The translations under genes and the position numbers were made by a program. A DNA stretch of 39,518 bases from Seison nebaliae (lineage: Eukaryota): NCBI GenBank assembly GCA_023231475.1, contig JALJEE010002185.1:124001-163518 (forward strand). Direction: 5' to 3'. The notes below the pieces were generated by a model. The model did not search any database, was not told the origin of the DNA, and saw only the letters and a list, made by a program, of their open reading frames with translations. Shown here piece by piece: positions 12,050-23,507 of the stretch. Each line of letters begins with the position of its first letter. Positions within the stretch are counted from its first letter, which is position 1.

Positions 12050-13973
12050 ATGGTCAGTTTGAAACACTTATGGAAACGACATACATTACTAATTGTCACG
12101 ACGATATTTGTGCTTTGCAGTCTATTTACCAGTGTACTTCTCAGATATCACCTACACAAATTCTCACCTGGGACCATTGATCTGATTATTATCTGGTGTG
12201 GTTTCCCAGGTGAGATATTCATCCGAAGTCTCAAATTGATGATATTACCAATGATTATAACCTGTATCATAGCAGGTTCCATTTATTCAAGAATAATAAC
12301 ATCCATCATAATCATAACAACAACAATATTTCAGCTTTAGCCGAACTACATCCAACAAAAAATAGTAAAGTAACAATGATAATGATCGGATATATTCTAA
12401 TACAGAATTTTATTGGGTCTCTTTTGGGTATATTATTCGGACAAATATTGAATATAAACAATAGTCGATCTTCGATTATAAACAAAAATTCCTCATTCAA
12501 TTCGACTGAAGGCTGTTTGTCAGATATCTTTCAAGATATTTTTCGGTTTCTTTCTCGAGTCATTTATTTCGTGTAAAAAGTCGTGTTCATAAAAAAGAAA
12601 TTTTATTCCAGATAATATTGTTATTGCATTTCTCCATTCTCAAGAGACGAAATTAACGATTATCAATGAGAATAATTCCACTATCTATAAAAGAAAAATA
12701 CAAAACGTGGGTTCGATGAACGTTTTAGGTTAATTCTCTTTTCTTTACTACTCCAACTACTTCTTATCAAATAATAGGTGTTGTCGTTTTTAGCGTGATA
12801 TTTGGTATGAGTACCAGTATGTGTGGATCAGCTGCGGAAAGCTTCAAAAAACTTATTATGTCATTGAATGAGATTGTACTTCAAATACTTCGATGGATTA
12901 TATAGTTACTTTTTCATTATAATTTTTATTATTTATATATATTTTATTTTATATTACTTTATTTATAGTATTTCTCCAATTGGTATTGCTAGTTTGTTGC
13001 TAAGGACGATTTTGGAGATAAAAAACTTCTCGGAAACCTTACAAATGATGGGTGTTTTTGTCGCCGTTTTCGTCGCTTTAATACTGGTGGAGATTTTTGT
13101 CATTTATCCGATCGAAATTTCAATTATCACCAAAGATAATCCTTTCTCACATTTCAGACATTTTTCTCAAGGTGCCTTGTTGGCCTTCACCACAGCTAGC
13201 TCGTTGGATTAAAATTTTAAAAGAATTTCAGTCATTTATTGATTTTCATTTGAACAGAGCATGTGCATGTCCTGAAGTCATGGATAAATTACATTTGAAA
13301 TGTTCCGTTCCTAAATCAATCGTCCGTTTTGTTATTCCAACAAATGTCACATTATCTAAACCGGGTTCTTCGGCCTTCCTAAGCCTATCGGTAATCTTAA
13401 TGGCTGATGTTCAAAACCATACTATTACATTTCCTAATTATGTTGTTATTCTGTTAGTATTCGTTTATTGACAGACACATAACGATTTTTAGATTTATGA
13501 CATTCTTTCTCTCCTTAGCTTTACCGTCGATTCCAAGTTCAGCTATCGTTGCTATAATCACAATAAGCAATGCAATTGAGTTGGATGCCGAATATGTTTC
13601 ACTTTTATTTTTAACTGAATGGATCCTGTTAGTAATTACATATTCATCGTAATATAATCTTACAACATTATTCTATCGGAAGTGATCGATTAAGAACATT
13701 ATCTAACACAGTGTCTCATATTGGTTGTGCAATAATTGCGGGTACGTTGCATGAACCGGAAATGATAGAATTAAGTTATGAAGAGATTTAGAATTTAAAT
13801 TTCTAAATAATCCTTTAATTTTAGATAAATTACTCATCGATGAAAAACAATCGCCAAGTATAGATGGAAGTTCAAAGCAATTTTCAATTAATTATTCAAA
13901 TGCTCTCCAAAATTCCGACTCGAGAGGTTTCGAATATGATGATGATTCTACTGAATCAGCAAATGGACCTTAA
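12050..13973 (+). CDS. SLC1/EAAT-family (dicarboxylate/amino acid:cation symporter) transporter, divergent; exons 12050-12275, 12335-12545, 12598-12728, 12778-12904, 12969-13202, 13258-13452, 13493-13627, 13683-13774, 13825-13973
   Basis: GFPGEIFIRSLKLMILPMI, DIFRNFIPDNIV, MNVLGVVVFS, SPIGIASL, AFTTASSA, RFVIP and EWILDRLRT are SLC1 hallmark segments. Eight GT-AG introns of 40-64 nt join them in frame. Confidence 0.9.
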
Positions 13974-14326
13974 AATCTTTTATATATTGAATTATACATT
14001 TACCTAACATATTACGTATCTTTAGCAAGATAACAGCCTCAAATTTTTTTAGGATAACACATAACCATATCTAAATTTAAATTAATAAAAAATTTTCTTC
14101 AATAATTCAAAATAAATCTATTGACATTTTTCTGTTGTCCGTTCACAACGATAGAACGATGGGAAGAAATAATTAAAAAGGAAGAATGAAAAATAGATAT
14201 TTGTTCCAACCGATGTTTTTGTAAACGAATGGTATGTAAACAATAGTTCAATTGTTCATTAAATTCTAAGATGACCATCATCGGCACCGGATAAGAGAAT
14301 TAGTTACTTCTAATGATCAAACGATG

Positions 14327-14540
14327 CTACGCCTTCCGGATATCTTTAGCATTTAGAAGACATTGTTTTCTATCCTGTTAAAACGGAATATAACAGAAAA
14401 AATAATTTTCCTTCAACATTACCATCCTAAAAGATTTCTTTTGACGACTTCTCACCTTTATATGAGATAAAGAATAGATTGATCATCGATGTTCAATTCA
14501 CGAAATCGGCACTGAATAGTCGAAGAATTGAACGTTTCAT
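14327..14540 (-). CDS. Candidate spliced 39-aa microprotein; exons 14540-14502, 14455-14423, 14374-14327
   Basis: Two phase-0 GT-AG introns of 46 and 48 nt (typical local size) give MKRSILRLFSADFVRSRQKKSFRMDRKQCLLNAKDIRKA*. No homology recognised. Confidence 0.3.
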
Positions 14541-14922
14541 TTATGAATTCTATGAAAAAAATGAAATTTGGCTTGATGATATTGAAATAGAATTTTGAAG
14601 TAATCCGTCGATGGAATTATTATTTGTTTAATTTCCCTGAACATTATCGACTTTATAAAATATTTTTCTAGTATTAAATACTCGTAACATATTTGACACC
14701 TAAATAACCTGTTCATTTTGTTGACTTATATTCACCTATATTCCTATGGAAGAATATGAAAATTATTTGATTATCGATTATCTTCATTAAACAAATCATA
14801 TTAATATATTAATTGTTTTTGAATCTGAATCCACTATCTAGAAAAGCTCTTCCAATTCTTCTATTCGATCAATTCCATTTTTCACATTCATCAAACAATC
14901 AACGACGATAAATTTCAGTTCG

Positions 14923-15693
<771 letters not shown>

Positions 15694-15794
15694 AATAAAT
15701 CACATAATTTTATGATACATTTCCTCGTTAATTCAATTAATATTACAAATTTATTTAAAAAATTTTTTTTATCCAATATTTAAAAAATTCAAAG

Positions 15795-17667
15795 TCAGTT
15801 CCAGTTAGCTGATCTGCAGTTTATTCGACGATGATCCACCAGACGATAAGGGAAAATTAATTTCATTGTTCGAAGAAATTCATCTTGTTTCTTTGATAAA
15901 TGTTCCGTTTTCGATGTTACATCGCATGATCGTTTTAAAGTAATTATCATAATTAGTGATAAAATAACACTGAAAACCACAAATACGCACAAGATGTAAA
16001 TGGTTAATGTTTCATAAATCTCCATTTCTTTATCTTTCTTTTCTCTTCTTAACGTAGAAGAAGGTATTGGTTCGATATCATTAGTAAAATCTAAAAAATA
16101 ATCTTGAGTTTTATCAATGGAATTTATAACTTCTATCTCGTTTTTCTATGATTCTCAATTTTCTTGTTAGATTGGTGGAGAAAGTTTTTTGCGCACTTCT
16201 CTTTTTTCGAGGTTTATCTCCGCAATCCTATAAATTTAGAAGGAATGATTCCCTTAATTATTCGATACAATAATACAATTTGAACGTTTCGACAAAATGA
16301 ATGATGATCATCTTCACAAAAATTAATTTTGCAATTTATTTTCATCGTTTCACTTTCGACAAATTTGAATGCATGAAAACGTAGTATTATGTGATTGCCA
16401 TATTCCAATACTTCGGTGATGATTTGTTCTTCATCTGTTGAACAACTTAATTATTGATCTTTAGAGACAGTTAAAGGATTATGAAAATTTTAACTTATTG
16501 ACTTTGAAATTGATTGATAATTCATTCGAGTTCATTTCAGTTACACTATATGCAGTACATCTTTCTATTTTCATTACCTTGTAACCAAAATTGGGGAACA
16601 TTTCAAATTTCAATAGTAGTGGAGTTCCAATGAGGATTTCTTCCGTTGTACCCATAGCTTTATTTAAATTATCAACTATATCGAACTTGATGGGTTGTAT
16701 AGTTTGAGTATAATTTTGGGTACTACCTTCGTACAATAAACTGAAAAATGTATATACTAATCCAAAATGACGGTTAGATGAACTTTGTATAATTTGGATT
16801 AAAATCGAAATTAAATTCACTATTCCGTTTAATATGACAGATAAATTGTAAATATTCATCGTCTTTTGTGATAGTATTTTTGTTGTACCTTAAAATTAAA
16901 TATAAAGTCAGAGATGCTCCTTGTCCATCATATTTCACTTCCTTAAGGTCATAATTATGACAACACGATATTAAAAATATCTATAAATTTCAAAAGGTAA
17001 CCAAATATTGACATGAATCAGTCACAGGAAAATTGAGAAGCAAAGTGGAATTCTCTTTAGAGAAGTTCTGTAAATATTGTCCTGAAAAATGTTTAGTGCA
17101 ATTTGAATGTTCGTTCGTTCCAATTGATAATGTTCCATGATCGATAAATCGGGAAGTGAATGGAGTTAAGGAAATGATCATTTCTTTGGAATTACAATCC
17201 AATAGTTTATCTATTTTAAAGATAGATATTAATCGAAATAAATGAAGTGTTGAAAAGAGATGAATTATCGATTAAAATAAAACATCTTTCATATTGACAT
17301 AATTCTCCATAATAGTCATATGAACAATAACATCTATTGATATTATCATTCGTATCATTAATACAAATTCCGTTATTAGAACAGTTGCACAACTTTTCAT
17401 CTTTATAATAGAAATTTATTTATTAAATCTTAATTATTTATCTGATACTTTTAATGAAATTTAACCGACTATTGTTTCTTGGGGAAATTGGCAATTGAAT
17501 CCAAAATAAGTGAGATTATTAGAAGAAGTGCAAGAACATTCGCCTGCTGAACTTCCGTTTAATTGACAATTACCATTATTGTGACATTTGAATTGATTAG
17601 AACGGAAACAGTTAAATTTGGTAGAAATTGAATGAATAAAGAAAAGTAGAAGAATAATTTTTTTCAT
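15795..17667 (-). CDS. Type I membrane protein: signal peptide, two EGF-like domains, zona pellucida (ZP) module, furin site, TM; exons 17667-17466, 17400-17284, 17210-17002, 16941-16784, 16740-16495, 16445-16286, 16227-16131, 16090-15795
   Basis: EGF motifs CHNNGNC...CSC...YFGFNC and CSNNGIC...CYC...YYGELC; ZP-like LDCNSKEMIISL...IGTPLLLKF...IERCTA...CSTD...FHAFKF...INCKINFC; RKKRS consensus furin site; TM LTIYILCVFVVFSVILSLIMII. Seven in-frame introns of 40-73 nt. Confidence 0.85.
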
Positions 17668-17788
17668 TTCCGAAATTTGAAGATAGAAAAATTTATAGAT
17701 AGAAGATAGAAAGGTAAAGTGAATAGGTTAAGTCGATGAAATGCCGTGTATAATTATACTCTGATTTGCAGAACTAATTAAAAGTTGG

Positions 17789-18799
17789 TCAACCTCTTTT
17801 GAAGAAAACTCCATTGCCAGGTAATTTGGTGAAGAAGATGGGGAAAATGAAACCAAATAAACTAAATGAACCGAAAACGTGAACGAAATTCTGATAGAAA
17901 CTACCACTATTATTTACATTTATACGGTTCCATAGCTCATATGTTGTTCGATTTGTGAGGATAGCGATAATATGGAAAGTAATATATGGAATGAGGAAGA
18001 TCATGGTTAATGTTCCGAAAGTGATCGAAATTGCGTTAATCATTTCAATAAAAGAAATAAAGCGGAATATGAATGAAAAGAAAGGAAGAATGATAGAGAA
18101 GCATTTTAAAAGGATCGAAGGAACTAAAGAATAAGATGAAGAGATATTATTGAAAGATAAATAAGTTTCATTCCATAAAATAATTTGAAGATAAAAATTG
18201 AGAAATGCTCCGATCATCAAATGGAGAATGAAAGAAAAGAAATATCGTAAATTGAAATATCCGATACATTTCCCACTGAAACTACAGTGATGATCTCGAG
18301 CTAAAATGCATTTTCTACATTTGTCACAATGATAAGCTCTTGGCGGCATAAATACTCCACATGTCATACAAGCATGCCATTTCTCCCAGATGGTTTTCAT
18401 AGACAATTTTTCATTTCCATTCAAAATGGAAAATTCATCAATATATTTATTCTTATTCTCTTTAACTGATATCGGTAGATCGATTTGTTGATCATTCTTT
18501 TTCTTCATTCCTTCAATAACTCGTATCTCCCAAGTGTTTGTAGATCGAATATAAAAGAAATTGAATGCAATATTCGTATAAATTAACAATGTTATCCAAT
18601 ACCATAAATGATTTGTTGTGAAAGTTGAATTGGGATAAAGTTGTTCGAATGAAGGAATGGAAGAGAAAAGAATAGAGCTAAGTACGGAATGTAAAAGAAT
18701 AAAGATGAGGAAAATTGCTGTTCGATCGTCATTGAAAAATCTAATAGAGAATTGACCGACTGCTTCCTTCGCTTTCTTCGATTTTTTAATTCGACTCAT
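17789..18799 (-). CDS. DHHC palmitoyltransferase (ZDHHC24-like), intronless
   Basis: CMTCGVFMPPRAYHCDKCRKCILARDHHCSFSGKCIGYFNLRYF DHHC Cys-rich domain, four hydrophobic TM segments and a TTYE motif. Confidence 0.92.
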   Translation of the reverse strand: MSRIKKSKKAKEAVGQFSIRFFNDDRTAIFLIFILLHSVLSSILFSSIPSFEQLYPNSTFTTNHLWYWITLLIYTNIAFNFFYIRSTNTWEIRVIEGMKKKNDQQIDLPISVKENKNKYIDEFSILNGNEKLSMKTIWEKWHACMTCGVFMPPRAYHCDKCRKCILARDHHCSFSGKCIGYFNLRYFFSFILHLMIGAFLNFYLQIILWNETYLSFNNISSSYSLVPSILLKCFSIILPFFSFIFRFISFIEMINAISITFGTLTMIFLIPYITFHIIAILTNRTTYELWNRINVNNSGSFYQNFVHVFGSFSLFGFIFPIFFTKLPGNGVFFKRG

Positions 18800-19004
18800 T
18801 CTTTCTCATAAATGTCTGATAATAATATTTGTTTAATTAGCTGTCATATTTCGATGTTGTCATAGTAAGAAAGTTGAATGGAATGAAATAATAATTGGGT
18901 TGGGAAATTTTAGAATTTAAATAAAATTTCTATTCCAAAATGAAGCTCCTTCTTATACTTTCACTCAGTTACGCGAAAAAGCTATCAATAATCCGATTAC
19001 GTGT
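18800..19004. promoter_or_regulatory. Putative bidirectional promoter between head-to-head ZDHHC and ALG11
   Basis: Only 205 bp separate two divergent start codons. No specific motif identified; inferred from geometry. Confidence 0.45.
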
Positions 19005-20597
19005 ATGAGAAAATTCATCAGAATCTTTTTCGAGGCATTTGCCATTATCGTCATAATCATCGGTATGATTAATTATCATTTGTTCCTGGGTGTATTGAAA
19101 AGGATGATTTCAATATCTCTCACTCTATGTATGATTGGTTTGTTAACGGTCCTTTTCGCCTTCACTTTACCATTTCGATTAATTAAATGGTTTCTATTGA
19201 CACCCAGTGACACATCGAACGAACCTGTCTATTCTTTTTTCCATCCATATTGTGCTAATGGTGGTGGAGGTGAGAGAGTTTTATGGACGATAATTCATTC
19301 CCTTCTTCGTCGGAATCCAAATGTGAAATGTGTCATCTTTACCGATTATTTCTCTCAACCAGACAATGACGACGAGATCATCGATCGATGCAAAACTACA
19401 TTTAATCTCGACTTATCAAATGTGAAGAATCGATTGAAATTCAAAAGAATCTACTCGATGATACTGATGAATGAAAATCTTTATCCGATTATAACGTTAT
19501 TGGGACAAGCGATAGGTTCGATGTTTGTTGGAATCGAATGTCTTTTATTCACTCCAAATCGATACTGTTTCTTCGATACACATGGAGCAGCATTTACCAC
19601 ACTCATCACTAAATATTTATTCGGAATGGAGAATCATTGGTCATATGTCCATTATCCCACCATCTCATCCGATATGATCGACAATATAAAATCAGCAAAA
19701 AATTCTTATAACAATTCGAAATTGATCACTCGATTCCGAATATTCACTTTTATCAAAATCGTTTATTATCATTTCTTCAAATTCCTTTATAAATTGGTGG
19801 GAAATCAGAATGATTTAGTTTTTGTCAATTCAAATTGGACGAAGAATCATATGGAACTTCTATGGAATCAATCGGTACCACATCTCCTCTATCCACCATG
19901 TCATATGACGAAAGTGTTGAATTTGAACAATAAGAAATTTAATAATTTCGCACCAATTCCAAAATCCAATATACCTGAAGGTGACTCATCGACGGAAGTG
20001 GAAAGGAAAGAATTTCTCATTATTTCTATCGGACAATTTCGACCGGAAAAGAATCATGTATTACAAATTCGTTCATTTCATTTCTTTTATCATCAAATGA
20101 AATTGGAAGAGCGACCATATTTACATCTTGTTCTTATCGGTGGTTCTCGAAATAAGAAAGATGATGAAAGAATCGAAAATTTGAAAAAGTTGACAAGAGA
20201 ATTAAATATTGAGGATTCGGTTGAATTCAAAGTGAATATTACATTCAAAGAGTTGATGATGTGGATGAATAAAGCCATGATTGGATTACATACAATGGAG
20301 AATGAACATTTTGGTATTTCGGTTGTCGAATATATGGCAAATGGTGTTCTCACTATTGCTCATTCATCTGGTGGACCATTGATCGATATCGTGGTACCGT
20401 ATCGGGATGAACCGACCGGTTATCTGGCTGAACGAATCGCCGAATATGGTCATCGAATGATGAAGATTGCAACGGAAATGACCGAAAAGCAATATCATCA
20501 AATAATCAATAATGCAAGAGATTCAGTCATAAACCGTTTTTCCGATAAAGATTTCCGTATAAATTTCAATTCTTTACTTCATTCCAAAGTCGAATAA
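19005..20597 (+). CDS. ALG11: GDP-Man:Man3GlcNAc2-PP-Dol alpha-1,2-mannosyltransferase, intronless (true start may be a downstream Met)
   Basis: FFHPYCANGGGGERVLW, YVHYPTISSDM, VNSNWT, SIGQFRPEKNH and GLHTMENEHFGISVVEYMANG...AHSSGGP are ALG11 signature motifs. Confidence 0.96.
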   Translation: MRKFIRIFFEAFAIIVIIIGMINYHLFLGVLKRMISISLTLCMIGLLTVLFAFTLPFRLIKWFLLTPSDTSNEPVYSFFHPYCANGGGGERVLWTIIHSLLRRNPNVKCVIFTDYFSQPDNDDEIIDRCKTTFNLDLSNVKNRLKFKRIYSMILMNENLYPIITLLGQAIGSMFVGIECLLFTPNRYCFFDTHGAAFTTLITKYLFGMENHWSYVHYPTISSDMIDNIKSAKNSYNNSKLITRFRIFTFIKIVYYHFFKFLYKLVGNQNDLVFVNSNWTKNHMELLWNQSVPHLLYPPCHMTKVLNLNNKKFNNFAPIPKSNIPEGDSSTEVERKEFLIISIGQFRPEKNHVLQIRSFHFFYHQMKLEERPYLHLVLIGGSRNKKDDERIENLKKLTRELNIEDSVEFKVNITFKELMMWMNKAMIGLHTMENEHFGISVVEYMANGVLTIAHSSGGPLIDIVVPYRDEPTGYLAERIAEYGHRMMKIATEMTEKQYHQIINNARDSVINRFSDKDFRINFNSLLHSKVE

Positions 20598-20719
20598 GAA
20601 TTATCATTAAAAAAATTACATTCTCATCTCATTTTCTCCTTAAATCAGATTATTTATGAATTAAATTTGATTATTCCAAAACTATCAACTATTTCATCAT
20701 CTGATAGATCGGAATTGAT

Positions 20720-21761
20720 ATGTCTGAAGAGAATGAAATGACAGAGAAGACAGTTGATGATATTAGTCAACAACTGACGAATGTTTCTATACAATCCACT
20801 TCAGTAGAAGAATGGGAGACAGTTGAAGGAAAGTTGATCAACAAATATTATAGTAACTGGATTGTAACGGAACCGAAAATAGGAACGATGATTAAGGAGA
20901 GTGTGCCATTTCCAAAATTGGTGAAAAATAATGTGGGAAAATACAATTCGATGATTGAAATTAAAAGATATCGTTTGATTTAATACTATTTTTATTTAAT
21001 TATTTTAATTCTTTAGAGATTGGTAACGAACCAGTTCGATACAATTTACCTGATATAGGAACGAGACCAAATTGGAATAAAGATACTAAAGTTGTATGTG
21101 AAGGTTCGGTGAACACTGTGGGAATGGTACCAATAAGTTATTCATTATATTCTTATTCATTCTAAATGTTCAATGGGGAAAACAGTTGAACTCAAATCAT
21201 TTGTTAAACGAGATCTTCTTCCTCATTCTTACAATCGAATTCCCACAACTTTTTGGTATGTTCATCGTCATAATGGACGAGGAGTTGTTACGGTACTTTT
21301 AATAAATTGTGGTTTGTTTTTTTTTCAACTTATATTCAAGTGACGAACATTAAACAGAATCTCGAGTTCTTATAAATTCGAACGATTATTCACTTATTAA
21401 TTGGAGATGTAATATGTCAATTCCACGACTATTATGTCATGGGAAGAAGGATTCCTCGAACAAAATGCTTTTATCAACAGTTTTTTCCAGTTATTTGGAC
21501 CGATTACGAAGTGGAGCGTATAAACGTGGACTACCATTGTTGGAGATGTTGATAAAACATTATTATTATCAACGGGATATTGATTCGGTCGCTGTACATC
21601 TTCGTAATTTATTGACATATTATGGGAAAGTAAATGACAAAAAAGAATTTGAATTAGTTTTTAAAGAAATTAAAAAATTAGATTTATGTAACAAACTGAA
21701 TCTGGAAGAGAAGGGCAATTTTGAGAGTTTGAAGAACAAATTGGAATATATGAACGAATGA
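20720..21761 (+). CDS. Unrecognised ~300-aa protein; exons 20720-20972, 21017-21136, 21186-21311, 21358-21761 (possible 3' extension to 22286)
   Basis: Three phase-1 GT-AG introns (44, 49, 46 nt) join the two ORF-track fragments into one stop-free frame. No family recognised. Confidence 0.7.
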
Positions 21762-23480
21762 AAATGGGAATTTCCATTTCTCATTATTCTTTCAATTTTT
21801 CTCCATTTTATTTTCTAATTATTTTCAATTTCATAATGAAATTTCATTTTACAGTAAAACGACAACATGAAATTATCAAGGCACTTGAACATAAAATGAA
21901 TGAGATGGGTTCACTCTCCAAATTTTTCTTTCTTTCTCATTCTCTTTGGGATCATCCAAAAATTATTTGTCGCTTCTTAACTGAGAACAGATAAAGAGAT
22001 TTTAACGCTAAGAAAAGCTAATGATCAATGGTGTATGTTCTTTCGTTTACATTCAACTGTTTAGTATCTCATTAAATTATTCCAATAAATATTTCTAATA
22101 AATTATTATTTGAAAATCATTCGACAAAATGTTCTTATTGAGAAATTATAATAAATTATCCAGTTGAATTTAAACTAATTAATAATTTTTTATTTTGGAA
22201 AGGAATTAAAAGAATTGAGTTCGAATTGTCGAAAATTGTTAGAAATATCAAAGCGACTGGAAGTAGAAACGATAAAAAATAGTTAATTTTTTAATTTCAT
22301 TATTGTTATTGTTATTGTTATTGTTTGAAATTGGTGTGGATGGAAGGAAAGAAAATAAATTGAGATCGTGAAACAAATAAGAAGAGTGAATTGACAACTT
22401 AAAAGGTACGACAATTTAAAAGCACAAATGAACGAGACATACAGTCATTCAATTCTCCAAACGAAATAGATGATCATCATGATACTGTGTGAACGATAAG
22501 GATGATCATTCCGATAATGATGATGTTGATGTTGAACAACAATAAATTGTCAAATAAAAATTATCATGATGATTCCTTCTTCTTTCCATTCTTTAAGCGA
22601 TGATGATGACGATGGTTGTGCTGCTGATGAGGATGATAATGATGTTGATGGGAGGAAACCAGATGTAGTTGAATATTGTATTGCAATCATTTACTTTTTC
22701 TTACCTTTCTCTCTTTCTGTGCTTGCGCGTGTTCGGTTCTCTTTCGTTTTACTTAACTTTCTGTTATTCTTCTAAATTCGCTCGTCTTATTCCATGTTAG
22801 TGTCCCCTCCGTTCGATATAGTTTCCTTCCATTTCCCAATGTAAATAATGAGATTTTGATTGAATGAAAATCAGAAGAAATCAAATGAAATACTCATTTG
22901 TCGAAGTGCGACATTCTCCCGACTTCAGTGGCTTACTTTGGAGAGATGAGCAATATTCCACTCTAATCATCAGGAGGGAATAACAGAAAGAATGTTTGAA
23001 GAAATGAAATTAAATATGGGAATTGATTTGATCATTTAATTTTCAAGAGAATATTCTTTCATTCTTCTATTTCTCTCATGACTTATGACTTCTTATTATC
23101 CCTCCGATTATTAGCTGACGAGTAACTTTTATTATTCGATTGTTTCCTCTAACGGAACTGAGTTGAAGTGTCGATTTCTTCTACTTTGGAGAAATTGGAG
23201 AGAGTCTAATAGAAAAAAGATTAGGTGGGAGGGAGAGTAGATTTTTAAGAAATCAGGAGGGCGGCGAAAAAATAAGGAAATCGAAACATTTTCTTCTCCA
23301 AACATTTATGAAAGGAGGAAAGTGTTAAGCGAAAGAAACTTATTGATTTGGTTGGTTGTTCTCAAAATGATTGAAGTTTGCAACTACTTTCCGTGACAAG
23401 ATCACATGGATTCATTAGCGGTAACGTTGAAGGTGATGATGCGATCATAACAAGGATACGGATACGACCTAATATTCTCA

Positions 23481-23507
23481 CATCATCATCATCATCATCA
23501 TCATCAT
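23481..23507. repeat. (CAT)9 microsatellite
   Basis: Nine perfect CAT units in the non-coding region upstream of Nkx6. Confidence 0.9.
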
